Shown: positions 24,234-36,284 of the stretch, piece after piece | Layout of the letters: each line of letters opens with the position of its first letter | Numbering within the stretch: the first letter of the stretch is position 1 | Source: Tricharina praecox | Taxonomy: Eukaryota | DNA length: 64,000 bases | Direction of reading: 5' to 3' | Assembly (NCBI RefSeq): GCF_024521635.1 | Contig: NW_026250431.1 | Coordinates: forward strand, 434,001 to 498,000 | Made by a program: the position numbers and the translations under genes | Notes under the pieces: model-generated | The model's input: the letters and a program-made list of their open reading frames with translations, nothing else | Told to the model about the DNA's origin: nothing | The model's database searches: none

Positions 24234-24516
24234 TTGTAACGCATGAAGTAAAAGAGTAAAAGCAATCAACATCGGATGAAAAAATTTCAGAAGTACTACG
24301 TCTTCCCCTCATTACTGTTGTGAACACGAATGCATGAACTATACGTGATTAGTATACTATATCTTTCACTTCTATGGCGTCGACGTCGTGTGTGTACCTA
24401 AAAATGATCCCCTATAACGTGACTGAAGATTACGCCATCGTCAGTATATCGACTCTCGGATAATCCTGTAGTAATTGCAATTCCCAACAATTAAGGGACT
24501 TACCCTCCGACTTCTA

Positions 24517-27481
24517 TCAATTAGTGGGCTTCACTATCCGCTTATTGCCTCGGGCCTTGGCACTGTCTTCTTCGGAGGATACCCTCTTCAATGTGTGTGA
24601 CGGATATCTGGGAACTAGTGTCTGGGAGGTGCCACGATCTTGGGTCTCTGTCTCAGCAACTTCCATCGCTTTGCCGTTAGGTTTGCGCTTTCGAATAACC
24701 GGTGAGTCGGTGACAGGCTGTGCAGAACTCGAATGAACCTGAATGCCTTCGTCACCCTCCGGATCTGAGCCAGTTGATTGCTTGTTCTCCAAGGTCAAGG
24801 TGATGTTGATCATTCCATTTGTATGGCGGACCTGACCCTTTGCGATAGCCTGCATGAAGAGGTCATAATCGTCAGCAGCAACCAGTACTGGGAGCCCAGT
24901 TTCGTTGTTATAGTAGAAGATGTAGATAGGATCCCCTGCAGTGCGAGCTAAATCAAAACCCTCGTCCGGTCCAAATCGCCGTATGAGTGCATCGAGAAAT
25001 CTCGAATAGGTAAAATCCTTCGGCAAAAAATTATGCTGGTTGTCATTTACTATGATCTTATAATACCCACTCATACGGATTTTGCCTGGTCCACCGGGCC
25101 GGGGAGCTGACCACTCGGACGGAGGGGGGCCAGTACTAAATGGTGTGGGAGGCGACATGGCAAGTTGATGAGTGCCGAGAGTTCTAGGAACGACGACTTT
25201 GGGTTGTACCAAGTTACTTGAGACCGTGGAGGTATTGAGAGGTTTGCGATCGGCGGAACTTGGAGCCACGTGGTCAGGGCCGGCTATACGCCGTCCGGGG
25301 ACGTGCGGCGAAGGAGGTAGGGCCCGTGGTGTCTTTTTCTTGTCAATCCTTCCTGCGGCTGGTTTCAGAACGTTATTATTAGTATCCCTCTCCTTAACAA
25401 ACGTCGGGGGAATAAGGTGCTCTTCCTCTTCATTCGTCACCATTGCTGATTTCTGGGAGAAGGCCACATATTTCGTCGCAGATTTCAGCGACAATACCCC
25501 AGCATCCCCCTCCAACCGGACATCTCCTCAGGCGATCCTCCTTAAGAAGGCATTGTAATCGATCTCATCATCAATAATAACTTCGTGACGGTATTGCGGA
25601 TTGTTCTTTCGGTAGCAGACAGCTAGGTCACCGGATGGAAGTGGAGTATTCGAAATTCTAGCGGCGTCGGCGATAGCCAGCTTGAATGTCTGAAAGTCGT
25701 AATATTTGAACAGTGCCAAAGCAGATTTTCCGTTTACAAGAGCCTTGTAACGAAGAAGGCTGTTGGAACTTGCCGTAGCCGACGGTCGATCCTTAGCACT
25801 GCGATTAGTCTTTCCAAGAGGTCGTGAGGGAAGCAGCCTCCCTGGCGCCGGACGCACATTGGATACCGTATCTGAGCGGCTGGGTAGGGAGTTGTTTACC
25901 AATATATCAGGCTCCATGATGATGGCGGAACGAATGGGAATAGTAGCCGGCTGGGAGCTGGATGGAATTAGGGGAGGCCGAGAGCTGGATGGAATGGGTG
26001 GAGGCCGAGAACCGGATAGTGCTGTAAATGGCCGAGAAGCTGAAGGGAGAAGACGAGGAGGAAGGGGAGGAGGAGGAAGGCTTGAGAATGGCGAAGCCCT
26101 TCCTGGATGGGGCCCAGATTCCCCCCGACCCTTTCTCTGGCTTGTAGCCGTGTAGGGAATCGGGCCCATTTTGGCTCCGCGCTGTTTGGCTGACCATGTT
26201 ATAGGCGAATTATCGGGAAGGGCTCTGTAATTCGGTAGAATCTTGTCGACCGAGTTGGCTTTGCGCTGTTTGGCTGATGTGGTAATAGGCGAATTATCGG
26301 GAAGGGCTCTGAAATTCGGTAGAATCTTGTCGATCGGGTCATTTTCGGGAAGGGCTCTCATATTCGCTATAAGCTTGTCCGTCGGGTCCTTGTAGATGGG
26401 GGCCCTCAAATTCGCTAAAATCTCGTCGGTCGGATCATTTACGGGAAGGTCTTTCATATTCGCTATAAGCTTGTCGTTCGGGTCATTGTAGGTGGGGGCT
26501 TTCATCGTCGGCACAAAGTCCATCGGGTCGTCGTAGGTGGCTGAGTAGTCGGTTTTTCGGCGTCCAAGTTTGATCTCCTCGCCAGCTGCGCGCCTCGCCC
26601 GATTTTCGCGCCTGTTGATGTTCTGGCAGCGTCTCTGGCAGATGCTCATCATTACATCTCTGGCAAGGCGTTTATCCCAGCTGTATTTATACATGCCAGC
26701 CACGACTCGGTTGATCATGTCAGTGGTAAGGCCTTGTGTTGAATACCATGTGTAAGGGCGATCCAACTCCTGCTTTGAGAGCGTCCGCACTTTGGTGTAT
26801 AAGGCTGTGGCCGCCCTATTTTGGTCTCTCAGCGGGATTCCACTGGGGATTCCCATCCTACGACGCAGCCAGGTCCCTTTGCCTGCTTTGGGATTCTGGG
26901 CTTCAGGATTCTCGACCGGCGACATCCGAAGGCGCTCCATGGGATCAATCTTATTCCTGCGGACGGTGGGAGGGATTACGAGTTCAGGATACGGCCTGGC
27001 GCTATCGCCTGCCGCCTTACGCACTTGAATGGCCTACCATGTGGGCCTCGAGTTAGCTATGTAAAACGCTTGGAAGAGAGGTGACGGTTACCTTCTGCAT
27101 AGGTTTAGCCCTTTCTACCTTCGCCAGCAGCTTGATGTCTCCGTCCTTCATCTTTGCAATCATAAGCTTGATTATCTCAGCGACGACAGTTGGGACAGTA
27201 ATGTCATGGGTGGCATGTGTTTCCGCTTCACTCACCGCCTCTCCCTGCGTCTCTCCCTCCAACTCCTCCTCTCCCTCCGCATCTTCTTCCGCCTCTCCCT
27301 CGGTCTCGGTCTCGGCCTCTTCATCTATAGAGTAGGTGGCCTCGTACATAAGGTCGTTATCACTGTCATCGGAGTTGTAGCCATATCTCTGCTGGCTGCT
27401 CGGTGGTTCTTGCTCTGACTCATCGATTTCGCCGTGCCCACTTGAAGGGCCGTATCCTTGAACACCTCCCAAAGCAGACAT
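24517..27481 (-). pseudogene. ~968-codon gene (exons 27481-27092, 27033-24517) with one in-frame TGA at 25528-25530; acidic N-terminus, basic helical domain, 15-aa repeats and two similar PB1/beta-grasp-like domains
   Basis: 58-nt intron gtaacc...gctaac...tag joins ORF 27053-27481 to 25528-27024; ORF 24517-25515 continues in the same frame (NAFLRRIA*GDVRLEG). Confidence 0.7.
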
Positions 27482-29139
27482 ATTGGCTTATGTCCAGGAC
27501 AGCAAACAAGTAAGAGATTGTTTTGTAGAGGGCAGCTTTCCCTCCAGATGGACGGCAGGGTTGAGAGGTAAGCACACACAGAAGAGAAGAGAAGGTAGAG
27601 CTTGATCGTTTATTGTGTAGATGGTGATGGAGAAGGGAGAAGAAGAAGAAGAAACCTCGTGGGACTCAGCTTAAGTTTGCCTCCTCTCCTCCTCCCCACT
27701 TGGTCCATCCCGCCATGCCTGCTTGGAAAGTTCAAATGTTAACGCTCGCTACTAACCACATTCAATTCCACCTGCCGACAGCTCCACCGTCACTTCTTTC
27801 TCGCCGACAGCTCCTGCTCTCACTGCTGTGGAGGCAGTGCCTGGTTCGCCTAAGAGACGCCTACCGAGTTTCCGCGTGCTGGCTCACAACTGTGAGGGTG
27901 ATAGAAGATCCTGGGAGCACACACAAATGCTTGTCGTCCTCATCGGGAGGTGCCAGTCCACAGCAGCCTCATGGGGAGACCGCAGACACCGGATACACTA
28001 TTCGGTGCTGGATGGAGCTCGCAAACTGATGCATCAGTTCCGCAGCTAACGAATTTTCAGCAAGCATTTCTGAAGTCTTCAAGAGCTTAGCTGTGTTGAC
28101 TCTTGAATATCTGTCTCGAGATCAACTGGAGAGCTCCGCGGACTGCTCGGTCCCGGAATTCTGGCACGGCTGGGCCTCTTATTTCTATCGAAACACTGGC
28201 GGCGGTAGGCCACCGTGGCTAGGTTTGACTGTGACCTCGGCACCAAGAGATTAGTTAAGCTCGTTATTACACCGTGTTCTTTTGTACACTCTCTTTTACT
28301 TCCGTATCATAAACTGTCTTTACATGGTAGTCTGTCAATACAATTCTCACTCGCATCATGGTAGGTAATGTGGGACTCAGCGGAAACGAAGCCTTGGCAA
28401 GGCCCTTTCGACCCCGGAGCTGCGGACCCAGGTGAGACAGACGGGCTAGAAATTTTGAACGTGCCGGGACCTGGTGGGACCAGCTGCGATGGTCTGTGTT
28501 TCTATGAGCGGAGAGTATTGTTTTGATTCGATTTGAGAGCGGGCAGGGTCGACGCACGAGCGGCGAACTTTAGCCGACCTGGGCATAGTCTGTCGGCCGG
28601 TCTGTCTGTTTCCTCATCATCATAGACCTTATCCCCGCTCACCATTGTCGTTATCGTTCTCATTGTCGTTTTTCATTGCTTTCGTTGTTAGGTCTCGCTA
28701 TTCAACTTGCGAGGTTCGCGAGGGACACCTGAATAACACAGGTTTCACTTTTTCTTACATTGACGTTTCTCTCTCTTCTGAAATACAATCGGTCTTTCAT
28801 CTCGTCTTTCCCAAACTAGTAGTCAAGAGGGTTGTCCACGTCTCCAGTGCTTTTAGTATGACACTGCGCCGCCCCAAACCACAAGCGAAAGCTTAAACAG
28901 ACTCAGCAGAGGGAAAAGAATTGCCCAGATTCGTACTGAAGCCTTCTAAATAGACTTCATTATCAGAACTGGGTATCTGGTCTTTGGCGTAATGGAGTTT
29001 AATTTGCTCGCGTTTCTTTGGATCGAGTGAGAGGTTGTGATATGTTCTCGATATGAAAACTTATATTGCAATTAATGCCCTGTCACGAATGATAGATTGT
29101 AGGCTTATTATCACTCAGATGTAAGAGTTTACACCAGTA

Positions 29140-29211
29140 AGCAACATGGCGCAGCGGAAGCGCGCCGGGCTCATAACCCGGAGGTCCCTCGATCGAAACG
29201 AGGTGTTGCTA
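29140..29211 (+). tRNA. Initiator tRNA-Met (CAT)
   Basis: Acceptor stem AGCAACA/TGTTGCT with A1:U72, anticodon arm CCGGG-CTCATAA-CCCGG, GATCGAAA T-loop typical of eukaryotic initiators, downstream T-tract. Confidence 0.97.
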
Positions 29212-29623
29212 AGTTTGTTTTTTGCTTTGCTTTGCAAACTTTTGTTTCGTTGTGCCTAGCGATGATGGTGGCAATAATGTGGGAAGACTAGGTAGAAAAG
29301 AGACAGCCGGTTCCTCAACGACACGTTCGGACCGAATCCGACATCTACATACCGAAACCAAACGCAAACACTGCTTCCAAAACCGCTCGCCCTACGCAAC
29401 GCACACCAACATCAACATGCTTCCCAAGGGCGCCAATCACCCCAAAGAGCCCACGAAAACCGACGAGTGGAAATTACAGCTCGAGTTCACTTCCAGCCCG
29501 GCGCGGTACTTTATTGACAACGCCTATGTACATAATATCCATACCAGCTCCACTGCCGGTAAGCCTGCACTCATCCAAGCACCACCCTTAGGCATAGGTG
29601 TGAGACGGGTACCGTGGTGGGAC

Positions 29624-29790
29624 TTGAACTCGCTCACCACTTCCAAAATATCCATGATCCCGATCTCTGGATGACGAATCCACCGTACCTATCTGCTAGG
29701 TAGATTCTTGGGTTGATGACCAGGGACCCATCGGCTCCGTCATCCAGAGAATGAAATCGTAGACATGTCGGAAGTCGTGAGAGCGTCCAG
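29624..29790. repeat. Diverged inverted repeat (29624-29681 / 29733-29790), part of a dispersed motif family
   Basis: ctcaccacttcc...ctctggatgacg on + versus ctcacgacttcc...ctctggatgacg on -. Confidence 0.7.
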
Positions 29791-32700
29791 ACAAACAACA
29801 AGACTCACTAACCCCCTCCACTTCCTTCTCGATATTTTACTTGGCAGTATCGTCGCACTCGCCCTTGGTTGGAGCTGAGTGTTCCGAGTTGGTTCTAGGA
29901 AGGGTATATATCCGAATGCACCGCCATCCACAGGGTCGGATCGTCGACAATTTAGAGGTATTCTCACTGCGCCCAGTCAACCAACAGAACCCTCAATTGC
30001 TTTCCAAAACCCGGAAGGTCCTCGGTATGTACGACGATCATGGTCGGGGATCCGTTCAGTACATCGCCCAGGATGCGGGATCACAGGTGTCCCAAAATTA
30101 TGCCTTGTTGAGTGGGCTCTCTGCTAGGTAATCGACAGAAAGAATCCGGCAGACTCCACGACTAGCTTGGCTATAATCGTAGCAGTGACTCAATAGATGA
30201 TGGAAAATTTCCGTTCGGGAGGACGCCAGCTGACTCCCTCCATTCATCTCAGAACCCCTTCCACGGGATGCAATGTTTAAGATGCTCATAATGTTCCTCG
30301 GGAGCGGTGACATGGGCAAACTGCAGTCTGGAGATCTTAGGGTCCGGCACCCTTGGAGCAGGTAACTACTAGGATCGTGAATTTGTAGACTTTGCTATGT
30401 AGGCTTTCGCGTGAAGTTGACGGTCGGTAACATAGGTACACTTCGTTAATCCTCTCTTGCGGTTATTGCCTATTGGAACATTTTCGCCGTCCCACGGACC
30501 AATATGTTTTCGTATTATCTTGGGCACCCATAGCGCGGGATTGTAGACATGTCGGAAGGCGTGAGTGCCGCGTACGTATGCTCTGGCAAACATTCACACG
30601 TAGGCGTTGGTTCTGTAGCTTTCGAGACAGTGCTGCTTTTGCGGTACCGTTCCATTGTTGAGGCGCGGCTAGTCGTCTCGGAGTGGCTGAAGAGTAGGGA
30701 AGGATGGATTTTTCTGAACCACTGATATTTAGTGGGGCGGATGGTTTATATGTGGTCGACGAGGTCGCCAGTTCTGGGAAAGTACATACAGAAACGTGCT
30801 TCAACCGCTGGTCGAAACAAAGGACTTGAATCGATCCTTCGATAAGACGAGAACAACGGACTTCAATAAAGGGGGGTTTGCATGGACCAGCTACGCCGTA
30901 GGATGAAACCAGTGGCTTAGGTTCCCTTTGTCCGCTATAGGCTGATAAGGTTTCCGGTCAATTCAGTCGTGGTATGGACGGCTGCTCCCAGCGGCTAGAG
31001 CACTCAATTACACCGTAAACGTGGCAGGTGGTCGGTGTTGTGGAATTTCGAGAAGTCAAGGACTCGAGTTTTGGGTTGTGTCGAAAGCTTGATCACTACT
31101 TCGCACTGGGATTTGTGACGTAATCCTGGAAGGAAGACGGCGAGAATGAAATATGATGGAGAAGTTGAGGTTATATTTAATTTCGAAGAGCCATCTATGG
31201 CTCCCCTCTGCCTAACATACAACGTTGGTGATACTCCATTCAGCTAGTCCGGCTGACACATCACTCGGATCCGACGGATCTGACTAATCTCTCCCTCCCT
31301 GGCAGACAACAATTTGCCCCCAACGTGGTGATTCTAGCCGAGGATGAGGCTCGCAGTCAGGTGCCTGTGATAGCTCACTGACCCCTCAACCACACAAAAC
31401 GAGCACCTCGAGCACCCGCTGTCGAACGACTGAGCAACAATGGAGTCTGCCGTACCAGCCCCCAACGGCCATCGAACCGCGATTCATCCGTCCCACCATC
31501 TCCCAGCACCTTCGTCTGCTGGTGCCTGCGCCCGTTGCCCAGTCGCGTCTCGGCATGCTTCGATCCTCATATCGTCAGGTTCCGGGAGGAAAAGTGATCG
31601 CGTCCGTCGCTGATCTCGCAACTGAAAAATGAAGGACAGTGTCAATCGCTGGTCTCGCTGATGACACCGTGCCCACAGGATAAGGAAGTTCACCAGGGTT
31701 TCAAATTCGCCAAACCGGCCGACCCATCCATCCATCGGACCCTCCTACATACGAGCGAGCATCCATGAATCTCTCGGAAACATCTTCGATGCTTCCCAAA
31801 TTCACGGTCCCCACGCCGTCGTGCTACCTACAAACGGGGAATTAGAGTGTTCCGGGTACTTGAGGAGATGGAGAGTGGGAACTTGCGGCTGAAAGCTACA
31901 GCGTTCTAGCAAATGGAGAAACGGAGACTACACGGGCACCATGGAGGAAGCGGAATAGTTGCCGGATTGCACTTGGGCAGACTCAGCCATTGACGGCGGA
32001 ATCTACGAACCGTTCTCGAGGTCGCATGCGACATGTGAACAGGAAACCACGTATCCTCGCCGTTAAAATGGAGGGGTACTCAGCGCTAGGTGTTTGGCGT
32101 CGGGTGGTAAGAGGAGGACAGGGAAGAAGATACAACTGTAATCACGTTTCCGTGGGTGAACGGTTGACAGGAAGACTACGAGGCTGATTTCTGTTGATAT
32201 TTCCTACATCACTTATGTTGTCTGAGACGGACGATGAGGGTGCTGGCACACTCAAAGATCGGATCACTATTGTCAATAGATCATGGTCGTTGAATGCGTA
32301 TACTACAAACTAAACTTTCTCGTGAACGTCTACCAGAGGATTTAGACTTTTTCGTTTCTGTGTACGTGAATCATGGACGGTTGTCGACGCATGTGAAGCA
32401 TAATCGCGGGGTCGGATGGATATTTGCGGGGTCACGAGGCAAATAATACGAGATCCACACAGATTCAAAGCGACAGACATCTGATCGGTGGCAATGATGG
32501 GTACTGGAGGTGTTGGTGGATATGGACAGCTTCATTGTGTGGGGACCCGAAGAAGTCGGTTCGTGAAGCGTGTTATTCCCTCAGAGTATGTAGAGTACGA
32601 AACACCAAGATAACGATTATCGCCATCACGTGATCCGCGTCCGCTAGGGGTCTAGTGCGGTGCTCAACATTTTCATTCCACCCTTCTACTCCGATACAGC

Positions 32701-32810
32701 AAAGGCAACGATCACAGCTTCCTCTCCTCCTCCTCCACCTCCGCCACCTCCTCCCTCCGTCAACACTGCCACCCACCACATCTCTCACGCGATCTCACGG
32801 CACTCCCAAG

Positions 32811-34190
32811 ATGTTCATGCAGTCAATCCGTGCCGCCCGTGGCAGGTTCGCCCTCGCCCCGTCGTCGCAATTCAAGTTGTTTGCCGCCAGGGCCATCACC
32901 ACCGATGCTGCTAGTGCCAGTGTCGTAAAGGGCTCCGTGCCGAGTGTGCGTTTACCCGATAGGAGCTCTCGGGGGAGGATGAATGCGGGAGAGCATCTAC
33001 TAACTACTGGTGTTCGTTGGTGGGGTATAGGAAGACGATAAACCCTTCACAGTCAAGCTCTCTGACCAGTCGTTCGAGACTTACGAGTTGGACGGTCCTA
33101 GTAATGAGTTGGAGATCACCAAGAACGACCTTCGGCAAATGTACTACGACATGACGACTATTCGGTACGTTGAATCCGGATTGGCGATGGTATCGGTGCT
33201 TGCGAGGCGGGGTTGACGTGTATGTGTAGTCGATTGGAGATGGCGGCCGACAAGTTGTACAAGGAGAAGAAGATCAGAGGTTTCTGCCACTTGTCGACCG
33301 GACAGGAGGCCATCGCCACGGGTATCGAGCATGCCATCACTAAGGAGGATGCTGTCATCACCGCGTACAGATGTCACGGATTCGCCTACCTCCGCGGATC
33401 AACAGTCAAGGCCGTCATCGCCGAGCTGCTGGGACGCAAAGACGGAATTGCCTTCGGAAAGGGTGGCTCCATGCACATGTTCTGCAAGGGCTTCTACGGT
33501 GGTAACGGAATTGTCGGAGCTCAGGTTCCCATTGGTGCCGGTATCGCTTTCGCGATGAAGTACCAGGACATGAAGAACACTTGCTTCGCCCTCTACGGTG
33601 ACGGTGCCGCCAACCAGGGTCAGGTTTTCGAGGCCTACAACATGGCCAAGCTTTGGGACATCCCCGCCGTCTTCGCATGTGAGAACAACAAGTACGGAAT
33701 GGGAACCGCTGCCAGCCGTGCCTCGGCTCTCACCGAGTACTACAAGCGTGGACAGTACATCCCGGGTATCAAGGTTAATGGTATGGACGTTCTGGCCGTC
33801 AAGAAGGCGTCCGCTTTCGCCAAGGAGTACACGGCGTCCGGCAACGGCCCGCTCGTGATGGAATTCGTCACCTACCGTTACGGAGGCCACTCCATGTCCG
33901 ACCCCGGCACGACCTACCGCACCCGTGACGAGATCCAGAACATGCGTTCCACACAGGATCCCATCCAGGGTCTCCGCAAGGTCATCCTCGAGTGGGGCGT
34001 CCTTTCCGAGGAGGAGCTCAAGCAGCTCGACAAAGAGGCTCGCGCTGCCGTCGACAAGGAGGTTGCTGAGGCCGAGGCGTCGCCCCCTCCGGATGCGGAC
34101 ATGAAGACGCTGTTCGCGGACATCTACGTGCCCGGCAGCGAACCGAAGTGGATGAGGGGGAGGACCGCCGAGGAGACCTACTACTATTAA
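32811..34190 (+). CDS. PDA1: Pyruvate dehydrogenase E1 alpha subunit (exons 32811-32945, 33031-33164, 33230-34190)
   Basis: IRGFCHLSTGQEA, GKGGSMH, YGDGAANQGQVFE, TYRYGGHSMSDPG; N-terminal mitochondrial presequence. Confidence 0.98.
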
Positions 34191-34590
34191 AATGAGTATA
34201 TGCACCCCTCGCTTTCCCCTCGTCGTCCATTGCTGATTCGTTTTGTTATAGCTAGAGTGTTAGTGTATAGTCTGTTGGGTTAAAGGGTTCTGTCCGTCGA
34301 TTGTCTGTTTCGTATTGTCTCGGTTGCTGGATTTCGTTGCTGTTGTTTTTTTTGGGTTTAATCATCTTTGCATCCGACCTCTGTAGATCATCTCAGTTAC
34401 ATGACCGTTTCCATCCCATTGTTTACAGCTGTTGGCCGCCAGCTCGATATGGGCTTCCCATTGCCCTTCACCCGGCCCCTTCCTTTTGAACACGAAATTA
34501 TGTGAAAAATGAGAAGAAGACGGGTATCCGTCCAGGCCAATTCATCCCCTTGTACCGTCGCCAGCTTATCAAGTTTCTTGTCCCTGTTGA

Positions 34591-35150
34591 TGTATGACTG
34601 GCGATTTGTGACGAGACGATAACCGAATCGATGGGATATTGGCGGTGTTTTTCCTTTGCTGTCGTTTGTCTCCTGTATGTTATTGGAGAATCTGCACGTT
34701 CATTTTTCGGTGAGGGGACGCGGAGAGCAGTGGGACCGAAGGACTCGTATCAACTGGTCCTATGCAGATGACTTTGCGTTTCCTCAATGCTTCTGTCCTC
34801 CAGCCACCGTGCTGCCCATTCCATAAGGCCGTTTCTCTGGTTAAATCTTATTTCGTCCGCATCGGCTCCGGCGAGCGGGGGTCGACTTTGCATTTCCTCG
34901 ATGTTTCTTTCCTCCAGCCACCGCTGCCCGTTCCCCAACGCCGTCTCTCTGGTTAAATTTTGTTTCGTCCGCATCGGCTCGGGCGAGCGGGGACGGATGT
35001 TGTGGTATGACTGGACTGGAGATTTGTGACGAGATGATAACCGAATCGATAGGATATTCGCGGTGGGTTTCCTTTGCTGTCGTTTCTCTGCTGTAAGTTT
35101 TTGTTGGAGCTTTGTCGTTTGCATTTTTCCGGGAGGGGGACGGGGAGAGG
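34591..35150. repeat. Nested duplication A-B-B-A (A ~34591-34727 and ~35005-35149; B ~34771-34884 and ~34885-34991)
   Basis: gatttgtgacgaga.gataaccgaatcgat twice; tctctggttaaat...tttcgtccgcatcggctc.ggcgagcgggg twice. Confidence 0.85.
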
Positions 35151-36284
35151 GATATACATGGTGTGGTTTCGGATGCGGCCAACCGAAATGAACCGGGTTC
35201 GGTGCTCCGGGCGAGCGGCGGGATCGAAGCACTCGCATTAAGTTTCGGCAGGTCCTGGGTTTCCGTCCGTCCGGCCCTCCTGTCGTTGCTCCTCGGGATA
35301 TCCCAGGACTACACCGGGCATCATGGCAGCTGCCATATTTGATTTAATAGTGCTGCCTTGTTTCCCTAGCCCCTTGGAGCGGACTCGAAAGGTGCGGCCA
35401 TCAGGCGGCGGGCGCACCGACGTTTGACAGGCGGTGTATATCTCACGTCTAGAGTATATATCCAGGTCAACGGGATCCGAGGGGTTTCGCCGTCGCCGTC
35501 GCCATCGCCGCCGTCCGTCCGCCCGTCCGTCCTAGCGGGCATTGTGCTGGCAGAAACGGTATAGTTCAACGCCTCGTCGCGATGTTCACGATCTCATCAC
35601 GATAAGCGACCTCGGAGGAAACCCGCTTTGGCTGGGGGCACTCCACTCGAGGTGGAGGCGGGGATAACAAGGTATGTAGATATTTGGTGAGGTGGGTGGA
35701 AGCGGCGGCCTGGTGGGGTTTTCGCTGGGAGACTCGGCAGGAACCACAATTGCTCTGCGAATCCGCCCACACTGCAACACAATCCGTAGCTCAAATATTC
35801 TAGGATTTTGATATGTTTGATTCCAGATGTAAAGACGTCTCATACTGGTATGTACATATCTCGGATGTGATCTTGTCGTTCAGATCTTGGCCCCGCAGAT
35901 GGGGCTTCTCGCCCACTCACCCACGTACCGAGATCGTCGGGCAATAGTTAATCCGCACGAACATTACTGGCCACAGGTATTTAGTAATCGCGACCGTCTG
36001 GTGAGCAGGCTTGCACCGAAGCGGGAATTTCCACTAGAATATCGCCTGCTGAAGCAACGATCTGCACAAAGCGGCATTGTTTTCGCGTCTCAGAGTAGAG
36101 TACCGTAGGGTTCCTACATGAATGCACCTGTATCTACACACCTAGGCGAATACGAGGCACTCGCGGTCGGTACCCGCCCCCGCACCCTTCACCGTCACCC
36201 CCCGCAAGCCCCACCTATCGCCCCATCCCTATTATCGCCCGAATCCCATACTAGTTATCGCACTACTCCTTCATCTATCACAGC

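Noticed and set aside
33399..34205. 268-aa minus-strand ORF (likewise 44117-44971, 50889-51911, 60930-61550)
   Set aside because: Antisense to better-supported genes, explained by codon bias
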